Of a stretch of 62,264 nucleotides of DNA, positions 48,287-57,306 are shown one piece after another. The position numbers and the translations under genes are program-made. Each line of letters opens with the position of its first letter. The stretch's first letter is position 1. Under the pieces are notes generated by a model. The model saw nothing but the letters and a program-made list of their open reading frames with translations, had not been told where the DNA came from and did no database searches. Source of the DNA: a virus (taxonomy: Duplodnaviria; Caudoviricetes); the IMG/VR virus record IMGVR_UViG_3300050011_000078, positions 1-62,264 of that record; one strand, given 5' to 3'.

Positions 48287-48955
48287 ATGCCGAATACAAA
48301 CGACTATCAGCCATGGGCGGCACAAGTGGGCGCCAACGTTCTTGCGCCTGCGGTTTACGCCGCCCTTCCAGAGCTCCCGGCGGGTTTTGTGGCTGGCATC
48401 ACGCCATCGGTGAAGATAAACACCATCTTGCGGCAGGCGTCGGTCATCGCCGCAATGATCGCACAGTTCACGGCAGACTATGGGCCGGCGAACGTCGTCG
48501 ACGACGGCAATATTGCGGAAGTCGAAGGAAACTTCGGCTCGGCGATTGCCGCCTATCTCGCGACAAAGCCGCCTTCGAATCAAGAAATCGTCCTCCAGGC
48601 GAAGGGCGTCAACCTCAATGCGACCGGCGACACGATCGTCGCTGTCGCACTTCCTGCCGGCTTCACCCGCTACACCATTGTGGGTATCAACGTCAGCCAC
48701 GCTTCGGTGTCTCTGACAACGGCGCACGTCGGCCTCTTCACCGCCGCGTCACAAGGCGGCACGGCGATTGCGGCCGAACAGGCTCTCTCCGGAATCACAG
48801 CGACGGCGGCCGCGACCGCGGCGAACGGAATCGCGCTGGCTCTCGCCCTTAGCAATATCTGGCTGAGTGGCGCGAGCCTGTTCCTGAACGTCGGGACGGC
48901 CCAAGGCGCCGCCGCTACTGCGGATTTCGCAATCCGAATCCTTCCCCTTTCGTAA
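48287..48955 (+). CDS. tail fibre-like protein 1
   Basis: GANV..GF..G....NT.LRQAS..A.MIAQF baseplate-anchor N-terminus. Confidence 0.75.
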   Translation: MPNTNDYQPWAAQVGANVLAPAVYAALPELPAGFVAGITPSVKINTILRQASVIAAMIAQFTADYGPANVVDDGNIAEVEGNFGSAIAAYLATKPPSNQEIVLQAKGVNLNATGDTIVAVALPAGFTRYTIVGINVSHASVSLTTAHVGLFTAASQGGTAIAAEQALSGITATAAATAANGIALALALSNIWLSGASLFLNVGTAQGAAATADFAIRILPLS

Positions 48956-49027
48956 GAATCTGCCACCGATCCTGTTTCGTCAACGTCGTGAGACGCGGAC
49001 CCTCCCCGTGCTGGAGAACTCAGCCAA

Positions 49028-50029
49028 ATGTCGAACACAAACGCAATCCTTCCATTTGGCTTGGGCGTCGGCTCCAATGTCATGTCGTCCGCCGCATGGT
49101 CGGCGATAGCGGCTCGCCTCAGTGGATTCGAGTCTGGACTTGCACAGTCGATCCAGGTCAACACGGCCATGCGTCAGGCCGCTTTCGTCGCGACGATGAT
49201 CGCACAATTCACCGCAGATTTTGGCAACGCCAACGTCAACGACGACGCCAACATAGCCGCCCTTGAGAGCAATTTCGAGGCGGCTCTCGCGGCGTTTATC
49301 GTGCCCTTGGTGCCATTCTTCGCTGGGCCAACGCTACGGCTTAATGCGTCCTTGACGTCGGCAGGAACAAGCGTTGCCTTCACCGCAGATGAAATTGGCG
49401 TCGCTAATGGATTGGGCGCGAGTGGCACAACGCTTGCAAGCTATAGCCAGACGTTGAATGTATCGACAACCGGCGCCGGCGGCATGGATATCGGCTCTGC
49501 GCCCGCCTCTGGATTCGTTTCGATCTATGCAATTTACAACCCGACAACCCAGACGCAATCGATCCTTGGAACAACCGCCAGCAGCGGCACCGTTTATAAC
49601 GGCGCGCATATGCCAGCTGGCTATACGATGTCTTCGCTCATTTCGGTTTGGAAGACCAACGGCAGCTCGCAACTGGTCGCGGCATATCAGATCGACAGAC
49701 AATATTTTTATGCTGTGAATGTTCAAGTTTTGACGACAAGTAGCGCGACGACACCAACATCCATTTCGATGACAGCGGCCATCCCTCTGGCAGCGCGGAC
49801 ATTCACCGCTCTGTTTTCGATTATCGAAACCGGTTCCGTCGGCGCCAGTTCTGACGGATTCTTCGGGCCAATAGCCGGCGTGTTGCCTCTAGTTTGCGTC
49901 GCCGCAGTATCTGGCGGGCAGTTGAACACGTTTGCGACGTTGCCGGTCGGGCCGTCGCAGACATCATTTTATAAAGTTGGTCAAGCCTCTGTGGAGGCCA
50001 GCGTTACCGTTACCGGCTATTCGATCTAA
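49028..50029 (+). CDS. tail fibre-like protein 2
   Basis: Same anchor N-terminus; GAGGMD.G.AP..GFV.IYAIYNPT..MP.GY. Confidence 0.8.
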   Translation: MSNTNAILPFGLGVGSNVMSSAAWSAIAARLSGFESGLAQSIQVNTAMRQAAFVATMIAQFTADFGNANVNDDANIAALESNFEAALAAFIVPLVPFFAGPTLRLNASLTSAGTSVAFTADEIGVANGLGASGTTLASYSQTLNVSTTGAGGMDIGSAPASGFVSIYAIYNPTTQTQSILGTTASSGTVYNGAHMPAGYTMSSLISVWKTNGSSQLVAAYQIDRQYFYAVNVQVLTTSSATTPTSISMTAAIPLAARTFTALFSIIETGSVGASSDGFFGPIAGVLPLVCVAAVSGGQLNTFATLPVGPSQTSFYKVGQASVEASVTVTGYSI

Positions 50030-50041
50030 GGACCCCTTCAT

Positions 50042-50536
50042 ATGCGAAGACTTTTCGGCGTCTACAATACGAAGATCGAATCCAGCAAATCAATTCCGAT
50101 CATGCTCGCCACGGCGGCCAACCCTGAATATTGGGTTGACGCTTACGGGATTGATTTGGCCGGCGTCCTGTTGCCCGGAGACTACGTTGAGGCATGGGGC
50201 GGCGCTGAATTCACGAACAACACCGTGGAAACAGGCATCGTCACATGCTTGACGCTGACGAACGCCATGCCAGACCAAGCCGGCCCGCTCTCAGTATCGA
50301 ATGGCTATACCGGCATGTTCTTGTGCCCACAAACCGTCGAGGATGCGGACAAGAGCATTATTCATCATCAGGTGCGGACGCCGATTGGCGCCACGCTGAT
50401 TACCGACACGACATATTCAGATCTCGCATGCTTTCGTATGCGATGTGCGGCGCAATCTTCCGCCGCGATGTCGACCGCCATCCCGATCATTATCGAACAG
50501 GGATACGGCCAAATGTGGGTCAAAGTTTACCGCTGA
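50042..50536 (+). CDS. hypothetical protein
   Basis: ORF with AAGGA RBS. Confidence 0.6.
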   Translation: MRRLFGVYNTKIESSKSIPIMLATAANPEYWVDAYGIDLAGVLLPGDYVEAWGGAEFTNNTVETGIVTCLTLTNAMPDQAGPLSVSNGYTGMFLCPQTVEDADKSIIHHQVRTPIGATLITDTTYSDLACFRMRCAAQSSAAMSTAIPIIIEQGYGQMWVKVYR

Positions 50537-50573
50537 TCCTCGGTCGACCCCTTTCCACTTAGGAGGTTCACAA

Positions 50574-50966
50574 TTGAAACACGCTATTTTTGGCGCGCTT
50601 GCGCTCGCATCTTTGTCATCATGCGCGCCGGCGCCGGCCATCGCCGCCGAGGCGCCGCCATCGCTCTGCGTCAATATCTCCGTCCCTAAGGACGCCATCG
50701 CCGCGCGCAACGGCAGATGGATCGAACTGACGCCGGAGCAATGGCAGTTCATGCGCGGCATCTATGTGATGAATCCGGCGACACCGGCAGGCCTCCCCTA
50801 CGGCGACAGGGCCATACTGGCCGAGGTTCCCGGCCATGCCGGCGGCGTGGTGTTTTTCATCGACGGCGACAGGGCTTGCACGCCTATGCCTGTCCCTTCC
50901 GAGATAACAGCCATGCTGCAAGACGTGGCGACCGGGACGCTCAACCATGAAGGCCGCGCCCTTTGA
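50574..50966 (+). CDS. exported protein/lipoprotein
   Basis: AGGAGG plus TTG start; signal peptide with LSSC. Confidence 0.6.
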   Translation: MKHAIFGALALASLSSCAPAPAIAAEAPPSLCVNISVPKDAIAARNGRWIELTPEQWQFMRGIYVMNPATPAGLPYGDRAILAEVPGHAGGVVFFIDGDRACTPMPVPSEITAMLQDVATGTLNHEGRAL

Positions 50967-51505
50967 CGCGCGTTTGGCCGATTTCGGTTGCGCTCGCGCT
51001 GGCGTGGCTTTTTATCCCGCACGCCGCGCGCGCCGAAAGCCCGACACAGTTCTGGGTGCATCGGGCGCAGGGCCGTCTGTCTTCCACCGCGGACGGTCGC
51101 GCGGCCGGATGGATCGGCGCGCTGATAGCCCGCGCGTCGTTCTATGGCGCTGGGGAAAAGCTCAACCGCCATACGTCTAACGGCGAGGTTTTCGACCCTC
51201 GCGCGCATACGGCGGCGCATCGCACCTTGCCGTTCGGCACGCGCCTAAAGGTGACGAATCTATCGACGGGCCTTTCGACGACGGTTCGCGTGAACGATCG
51301 CGGCCCCGCCGAATGGACGGGAAGAGCGATCGACCTTTCGCGCGCCGCTGCGGCCGAGATTGGCATGCTCGCGGCCGGCGAGGTCCGCGTTGCAATCAGC
51401 ATCCTAAACCAACTGACGGAATCACACCATGATCGACCGCGAGAAGTTCTTTCCAGCCGCGCGCGCCTCGGTTTTCATGGGGCGCATGGATCAAAGTCAA
51501 GTTGA
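50963..51505 (+). CDS. rlpA: RlpA-like DPBB lytic transglycosylase
   Basis: ASFYG..TSNGE.FD....TAAHRTLPFGT.LKVTN..VRVNDRGP...GR.IDLSRAAA. Confidence 0.9.
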   Translation: MTRVWPISVALALAWLFIPHAARAESPTQFWVHRAQGRLSSTADGRAAGWIGALIARASFYGAGEKLNRHTSNGEVFDPRAHTAAHRTLPFGTRLKVTNLSTGLSTTVRVNDRGPAEWTGRAIDLSRAAAAEIGMLAAGEVRVAISILNQLTESHHDRPREVLSSRARLGFHGAHGSKSS

Positions 51506-51968
51506 CGGCGTCAACGCACTTCTAGACGCCGCGCCGCCTGCCTGGGATGCGCGATGGACTGCCTATGCGCTCGCTACCGCTTATCATGAAAGCGCGCGGA
51601 CAATGCAGCCGATCAGGGAATACGGTCGCGGCGCCGGGCATACTTATGGAATTATCGATCCGATTACTGGTCAATATTATTATGGCCGAGGCTATGTGCA
51701 ACTCACTTGGAAGGCGGACTATAAGGTGATGTCTGTTGTTGTCGGGGAGGACCTCGTCGCCAACGCGGACCTCGCGTTGCGACCCGACCTCGCCGCGAAG
51801 ATCCTGTTTTACGGAATGGGGCACGGATCATTCACCGGAGTCGGGCTCGCGCGATATTTCAATGGCGAGGCGTCCGATTGGATCAATGCGCGCCGCGTAA
51901 TTAACGGAACCGACTGCGCGGCGCAAATCGCCGCTTATGGGCAAGAGTTCCACTCCGCTCTGGCTTGA
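51429..51968 (+). CDS. GH19-like endolysin
   Basis: AY.LAT.YHES..TMQPI.E.G..YYGRGYVQLTW..Y..ARRVING. Confidence 0.85.
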   Translation: MIDREKFFPAARASVFMGRMDQSQVDGVNALLDAAPPAWDARWTAYALATAYHESARTMQPIREYGRGAGHTYGIIDPITGQYYYGRGYVQLTWKADYKVMSVVVGEDLVANADLALRPDLAAKILFYGMGHGSFTGVGLARYFNGEASDWINARRVINGTDCAAQIAAYGQEFHSALA

Positions 51969-52097
51969 AAACGATTTCCACAGAACGCACTAAATCGCTC
52001 CCAAGATTAAAGGATTCGCGCACCGGGGCCGACTGACGGTCGCCGGGCGGTGCGCGATGCCTCCCGGCCCCCGGCGATCGTCTTTATTGAGGTCAAG

Positions 52098-52307
52098 ATG
52101 AATTCGGACGAAATCAAACAACTCGTTCCTGTCGTTGTGATGGTGCTGACGCCGCTCTGCGCCAAATACGGAATCACAGATTCCGACATTGCGACGTGGG
52201 TCAACATCGGCGTCGAAGTCGTTGGCGCCCTGATGCTGACGATTCAGCACTGGAACATGAAGAAGGTTCCTGAAACCTCCGTCGTCGCAGCTCCCGCCAA
52301 AGCGTGA
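52098..52307 (+). CDS. putative holin
   Basis: 69 aa, two TMs, follows the endolysin. Confidence 0.55.
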   Translation: MNSDEIKQLVPVVVMVLTPLCAKYGITDSDIATWVNIGVEVVGALMLTIQHWNMKKVPETSVVAAPAKA

Positions 52308-52663
52308 GCGAATCCGGGCAACTTTCAGACCCGGAGCTCATAGACGCAGTCATCGAACAATGGGCGGCGCGCGACGCGACCGCCTATCTCCTCCGCATCC
52401 TACTCAAAAAGGTTCACGATATGTCGCTCGATCTCACACGCCTGAACAAAGCTTTCGCCGACAATGCCGCCGCTCAGACCGCGCATGCGAGCGCGCTGAT
52501 TGCCAAGGCATCGACGGAAGCATCAAACGCAGCTTCTGTTTCCGCCGCTGACCAGATGGCCGTCGACGGCGTCGCAGCTTCGGTCGAAGGCGTCACGGCG
52601 AGCATCGTCGCCGCGACGGCTGCGGTTGTCGCTCCGGCGCCGGTTGCTGCGGCCGCCGCCTGA
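52304..52663 (+). CDS. Ala-rich coiled-coil protein
   Basis: GTGA-coupled; possible internal start MSLDL. Confidence 0.55.
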   Translation: MSESGQLSDPELIDAVIEQWAARDATAYLLRILLKKVHDMSLDLTRLNKAFADNAAAQTAHASALIAKASTEASNAASVSAADQMAVDGVAASVEGVTASIVAATAAVVAPAPVAAAAA

Positions 52664-52692
52664 CAATTGCCAATCACAAAAAGGAAAACGAA

Positions 52693-53130
52693 ATGTTGAA
52701 GATTCTTGCGGCGGCCGCGATTGCGCTCGCGTCCATCTCTCTCGTCGCCTGCGGCACCGATCCCACCACAGGCCTTGCGACGTTCGGCAGTATCGATATC
52801 AATCTCGGAAATTCGAAGGCGAATTCCACGCTTCTCGCCGTCTCCGCGAAAATTGATGCCGGTATTGCGGTTGTTCAGGCTGATCTTCCCGCACTCTGCG
52901 CAATCGCCTCGAGCGCCGCACAAGTCGGCGCTGCCGCCTCTGCACTCTCGAATAACGCGAAGCTGGCCCAGGTGACAAGCGGCGCGTCTGCCGCCGCCAC
53001 GAGCCCCATTTGCGTCAATGGCGTCACCGGAACCGTCGCCGACGCGACCACGCTCGCCGCCTCGATCAAGGCCGTTGCGTCTGCGGTCAACAAGCCTGCG
53101 GCGTCGATCGCCGCGCCGCTCGCCCAGTAA
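52693..53130 (+). CDS. lipoprotein
   Basis: Lipobox LVAC; AAGGA RBS. Confidence 0.7.
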   Translation: MLKILAAAAIALASISLVACGTDPTTGLATFGSIDINLGNSKANSTLLAVSAKIDAGIAVVQADLPALCAIASSAAQVGAAASALSNNAKLAQVTSGASAAATSPICVNGVTGTVADATTLAASIKAVASAVNKPAASIAAPLAQ

Positions 53131-53212
53131 GGCGTAATGCTGTGCTGGCGTGGCGACGGTCGTGCTTGTTGCGATCGCCGCCGCGCCGCTTGCGGCCGGA
53201 GGGAGAACGCTC

Positions 53213-53416
53213 ATGTTCAATAGAATCGTCGGAGCAATTTTGATCGTCGCCACGCTGTCGATGTCCGGTTGCGCGGCTATCCAGTGCGTGACCAACGGCA
53301 GCAACGCCTACGGGCTAACAACTGCACTCTCAATAATCGGCGGCACGGTCGGCATCATCGTCATAATCGTCGTTGCCGGCTGGATTTGGCTAACATCTCT
53401 AAAGCGATGGGACTAG
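53213..53416 (+). CDS. small lipoprotein/membrane protein
   Basis: MSGC lipobox-like motif plus a C-terminal TM. Confidence 0.55.
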   Translation: MFNRIVGAILIVATLSMSGCAAIQCVTNGSNAYGLTTALSIIGGTVGIIVIIVVAGWIWLTSLKRWD

Positions 53417-53420
53417 CGCT

Positions 53421-53768
53421 TTGGCCTTCTCGCTCGGCGGTCTTCTATCGTTCTTCACCGGACGAACTGCGGCGCCGACTCTAACCGCAGGCGGCTTGCA
53501 AATCGCCGCCGGTCAGATCGCCGACCTGTCCGCAGCACTCAGCGCGCATCTGGCGAACATGCCGGCCGACGAAGTTCTGACCGAGGATATTCTCCTCGAC
53601 GCCGCGATGCTTGCGGGCGGACCATGGGCGCTCGCCGCGCCGACGCTTGTTCCGCTTCTTGTCCCGCTGATCTTCGATCTCATCACCAAAAACCAATCCG
53701 CGATGCCTGGCGCGCTGGCAACGATCGGCTCCGGCAAAAAAGGATCAAACCCAAATGAGCCTTCTTGA
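53421..53768 (+). CDS. hypothetical protein
   Basis: ORF in the late operon. Confidence 0.5.
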   Translation: MAFSLGGLLSFFTGRTAAPTLTAGGLQIAAGQIADLSAALSAHLANMPADEVLTEDILLDAAMLAGGPWALAAPTLVPLLVPLIFDLITKNQSAMPGALATIGSGKKGSNPNEPS

Positions 53769-54039
53769 TAGCTTTCTTGGCATTCTCGAGCGCGCTATCC
53801 AAAACCCCAGCGACAAAGCCGCGGTCAAGATCGCGATTGATGGCATGGCCGCATGGAATGCCATCGCGAGCAACCCGCTGGTCATGCAGCTTGAGTCGGA
53901 TATCGGGGCCTATGTGGCGCTGACGACGCCCGCCACAACCGCCGCGCCCGCCCCGGCGCCCGCGACAGAGCCGCCGGCGCCAAGCCGCCAGAGCCCGCAA
54001 GATTTCAACCGCTGGCAGGCGGAACACCCCAACGCCTAA
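53755..54039 (+). CDS. hypothetical protein
   Basis: AAGGA RBS. Confidence 0.55.
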   Translation: MSLLDSFLGILERAIQNPSDKAAVKIAIDGMAAWNAIASNPLVMQLESDIGAYVALTTPATTAAPAPAPATEPPAPSRQSPQDFNRWQAEHPNA

Positions 54040-54070
54040 CACCACGCAAGCGCAAATAGGGGATGATGAA

Positions 54071-54439
54071 ATGGGAGTCCCAGGTGGTGTAGGCGACGAA
54101 GCATGGTCGCTCTGGCAAATATTCGTAACCCTCGTGAGCGGCGGCGCGCTTACGTCGTCGCTCGGTTTCATATTTTGGACCGGCCGCAAACTTGGACAAG
54201 GGGAAATGTCAATGACGGCGCTTCGCCGGGATTTTGAGGATCACGGCGAATCCGATGAACGCACCTTCGCCGCGGTAGAACAGAAGATCGAAAGACTTCG
54301 CATGGAATCCAGCGACGTCAAACAGTTGATTTCCGACAGGCCGAGCCGGTCGGAATTCCTCGAAGGCATAAGGAGCATTCAGCAATCGATTTCGGCCATG
54401 GGCATGAGAATTGATAGCGCGTTTCGACGCGAACAATAA
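54071..54439 (+). CDS. TM plus coiled-coil protein (lysis-associated)
   Basis: N-terminal TM, helical C-terminus. Confidence 0.6.
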   Translation: MGVPGGVGDEAWSLWQIFVTLVSGGALTSSLGFIFWTGRKLGQGEMSMTALRRDFEDHGESDERTFAAVEQKIERLRMESSDVKQLISDRPSRSEFLEGIRSIQQSISAMGMRIDSAFRREQ

Positions 54440-54452
54440 AAGGGAATCCTGA

Positions 54453-55676
54453 ATGACCATTTCCGATGAAGAATTGACGCAAGCCGTCGCTCTGTATCGC
54501 GAACATGGGAGTTATAGAAAAGCCGCCGTCGCTGGCGGCATGCCGACGATGACGATGCACAGTCGCGTCAAGATCGCCGCCGAGCGCGGCCTTATGGGCT
54601 TTACGCCGGTCCTGCCAGGATTCGCGATCAAGCAGACGTCGGAGAAAGTCGACGGCGCTTGGGTCAAGCAGACCAGGGAGTCTGGCGAAATATTCGAGGT
54701 TCCCGCAGGTCAAGCGATCAATGGCGTATCCGCTCTCGTTGACGCCGACGGCCGCGAGATGTTCAAGTGGATCAAGACGAGCGCCGAAAGCAAAAACCTC
54801 GAACATCTGATCTCCGCCCTCGAAGCTAGATTCGCCAAGCCGGAACATCGACCCTATCTCGACATCGTTCCGACCGTCAAAGGCAACGACGATCTGATGA
54901 GCGTCTATCCTATCGCCGATCAGCACCACGGCCTTCTGGCGTGGGGACGAGAAACCGGCGAGGATTATGATCTCAAGATCGGCGCGCAGCGGTTGCGCGA
55001 CTGCGCTAAGCGCCTTATAGGGCAATCCCCACCGAGCTCGCTCGCCATAATTTTGAACCTTGGCGATTGGCAGCATACCGACGATTCAAGGAACGTGACG
55101 CCCGGCCACGGCCACGGCTTGGACGTTGACTCTCGATACTATAAGATCGTTGAAACCGGCGTCGATCTCTTGGTCGACGTTATCGAACTCGCGCTGCAAA
55201 AGCACGAGAAGGTCATCGTCCGCAACATCGCCGGCAACCACGATCCGCATTCTAGCGTTGCTCTGACGATCGGCATTCGCCAGCACTACCGCAACAATCC
55301 AAGAATCGAAGTCGTCAATAGTCCGAGTGATTTTTTCTATCATCGCTTCGGCAAGGTGCTGATCGGCGCGACGCACGGTCACAAGCTCAAACCCGCGAAT
55401 ATGGCGATGGACATGGCCGTTACGCAACGCGAGGATTGGGCGAAGGCCGATTACCGGCATTTTTTCTTCGGACATATCCATCACGAGTCCGCCGTTGAGG
55501 TTGGCGACGTGCGCGTTGAAAGTTTTCAATCACTTGCTTCGAAAGATGCATATGGACGCGGAGCGGGGTTCAATTCAGGTCGATCGCTAACGAGCATTAC
55601 ATTCCATAGCCGAGATGGCGAGATCGGGCGACACCGCGTCAATATCCCCCCGCCGCGTGCTGTGAAGTCACATTAG
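54453..55676 (+). CDS. calcineurin-like metallophosphoesterase with N-terminal HTH
   Basis: D.HHG, GD..H.D, GNHD, HGH, GHIHH motifs. Confidence 0.85.
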   Translation: MTISDEELTQAVALYREHGSYRKAAVAGGMPTMTMHSRVKIAAERGLMGFTPVLPGFAIKQTSEKVDGAWVKQTRESGEIFEVPAGQAINGVSALVDADGREMFKWIKTSAESKNLEHLISALEARFAKPEHRPYLDIVPTVKGNDDLMSVYPIADQHHGLLAWGRETGEDYDLKIGAQRLRDCAKRLIGQSPPSSLAIILNLGDWQHTDDSRNVTPGHGHGLDVDSRYYKIVETGVDLLVDVIELALQKHEKVIVRNIAGNHDPHSSVALTIGIRQHYRNNPRIEVVNSPSDFFYHRFGKVLIGATHGHKLKPANMAMDMAVTQREDWAKADYRHFFFGHIHHESAVEVGDVRVESFQSLASKDAYGRGAGFNSGRSLTSITFHSRDGEIGRHRVNIPPPRAVKSH

Positions 55677-55754
55677 GCGGAACTGCGAATTTGCAGACCA
55701 TGAGAGACTTCCGGCAAATTTGCATAGCTTTTCTCAGATGAAGGGATAAAGGTC

Positions 55755-56042
55755 ATGGTCAGAAAGGCTCCAACCAAGACGACAGTCCAAGCCAAAGTCC
55801 TGATCGTCACCTGGGACGACGCCGTGGCCGACGGGGGGTGGAAAGAGCACCACGAAGCCGACCTGCCGCAGCGATGCACGTCGATCGGCATGGTCGTGCT
55901 GGAAAACGATATTTGCTTGGTCCTCGCCGGCACTTGGGGCATGAACGGCGCGAAGATGGAAACCAACAATCGCATCACCATTCCGCGCGGCTGGATCGTC
56001 AAACAGACGCTCGTGAACATCAACTTAGTTGCAAGCGCGTGA
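55755..56042 (+). CDS. hypothetical protein
   Basis: VTWDDA..W..C.SIG..IPRGWI conserved phage motif. Confidence 0.7.
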   Translation: MVRKAPTKTTVQAKVLIVTWDDAVADGGWKEHHEADLPQRCTSIGMVVLENDICLVLAGTWGMNGAKMETNNRITIPRGWIVKQTLVNINLVASA

Positions 56043-56500
56043 TCAGAACCGGCACCGCCCACGAATACGAGGCGCGAAAGCGCTCCGCGCGCAACGTCGT
56101 AAGACCCGCGCCGACGCTCGAAGACCTGACTTATGTCGCGGGATTCTGGTATTTGGCGACGCCATATTCGAAGTGGGCAAATGGAATCGACGACGCCGCA
56201 TTTGTCGCGGCCGAAGTCGCAGCCAAGATCATCCGGCGCGGCGTCCCTGTCTATTCTCCGATTGCGCACACGCACCCGATTGCGGTCGTTGGCAATATCG
56301 ACCCGCTCGATCACGCTATTTGGATGCCGATGGACAAGCCGATCTTCGACGCGGCCGTTGGCCTGATTGTCGCCATGCTCGAAGGCTGGCGCGAAAGCTA
56401 TGGAATCGGCAAAGAGATCGCATGGTGCGAAGCGGCCGGCAAGCCGATTTTCATGCTCGATCCAAAAACCATGGAGCTGTCCCCGCATGTCGCGTCCTAA
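56039..56500 (+). CDS. DUF1937 / nucleoside deoxyribosyltransferase-like protein
   Basis: YLATPYS..YSPIAHTH..W...D..GWRESYG...EI. Confidence 0.8.
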   Translation: MIRTGTAHEYEARKRSARNVVRPAPTLEDLTYVAGFWYLATPYSKWANGIDDAAFVAAEVAAKIIRRGVPVYSPIAHTHPIAVVGNIDPLDHAIWMPMDKPIFDAAVGLIVAMLEGWRESYGIGKEIAWCEAAGKPIFMLDPKTMELSPHVAS

Positions 56501-56798
56501 AAACGCCGAGCCTATGACGAAAGCCAAGCTGCTAAACCTCGCCATTGAAGCCACCGCCGGGCGCGGCCTTAACTACGGCCGCCCGGAAGACAATTTCGCG
56601 CGCATCGCCCGCCGCTGGCGAGTGCATTTGATGAACGCCTATGGAATCGACGTCGATCTGACTGCAACATCGGTCGCCATCATGTGCGCTGATATCAAAA
56701 TCGCTCGCCTGGAAAACCAGCCAGACCACCTTGATTCGTGGATCGATTTGGCTGGGTATAGCGCTTGCGGCGCAGAGATCGCGGTCAAGGGCGCCTGA
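56487..56798 (+). CDS. DUF6378 protein
   Basis: R..NYG.PEDNF.RIA..W..KIAR..H.DSWIDLAGYSAC. Confidence 0.85.
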   Translation: MSRPKNAEPMTKAKLLNLAIEATAGRGLNYGRPEDNFARIARRWRVHLMNAYGIDVDLTATSVAIMCADIKIARLENQPDHLDSWIDLAGYSACGAEIAVKGA

Positions 56799-56829
56799 AA
56801 TTATACTCGTTTCGCGAAGATGGTATAAC

Positions 56830-56860
56830 GCCCCGCTGGCTCGGCCGGCGGGGCCTTTTT
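56830..56860 (+). terminator. Rho-independent terminator ending the late operon
   Basis: GCCCCGCTGGC-TCG-GCCGGCGGGGC-CTTTTT. Confidence 0.8.
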
Positions 56861-57001
56861 CCGTTTCGGATGAGGGATAGGATCAAAATAACCGTTTGCA
56901 TTCAATGCATCATGTGAGGGACGATTATGGCAACTTGACGTTGATATTGATCGACTATGTTTCCCCTAACGTGCCCGCCATCGATTTTCTAAGCTATTGT
57001 C

Positions 57002-57241
57002 CTATTTGGTCTTTTTAACGTCCGATCCCTCGCCGCCCATAGGGGCAGGGAATAGAATGGTCGTCGTTTGTTCGCTTTTGAAGCGGTCCATTGCCGATCC
57101 GGCAAGACGCGTCCGATCCGGAACGAGCCGGATTGTCCCATCGGGGGCAATCTCGACAACGCGGCCCGTCCCGGCCTTGTCGGCCGCGCGAACGGCCCGC
57201 GCTATGTCGGCTTGAGAAAATCTCGCGGCGCGCATGCTCAT
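57002..57241 (-). CDS. excisionase-like small protein
   Basis: ARFSQADIARAVRAA....VVEI.PDGTIR, a motif I associate with genes next to alphaproteobacterial phage integrases. Confidence 0.55.
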   Translation of the reverse strand: MSMRAARFSQADIARAVRAADKAGTGRVVEIAPDGTIRLVPDRTRLAGSAMDRFKSEQTTTILFPAPMGGEGSDVKKTK

Positions 57242-57306
57242 GAAGTTTCCAGATTTTCAGGACAAATGCAATACCGGAACGAATTTTCACGTCCAGGAAC
57301 GAATTT

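Noticed and set aside
48287-50029. Diversity-generating retroelement or invertible tail-fibre switch
   Set aside because: No reverse transcriptase, invertase, TR/VR pair or inverted crossover sites were seen; the similarity is only at the paralogous anchor domain.
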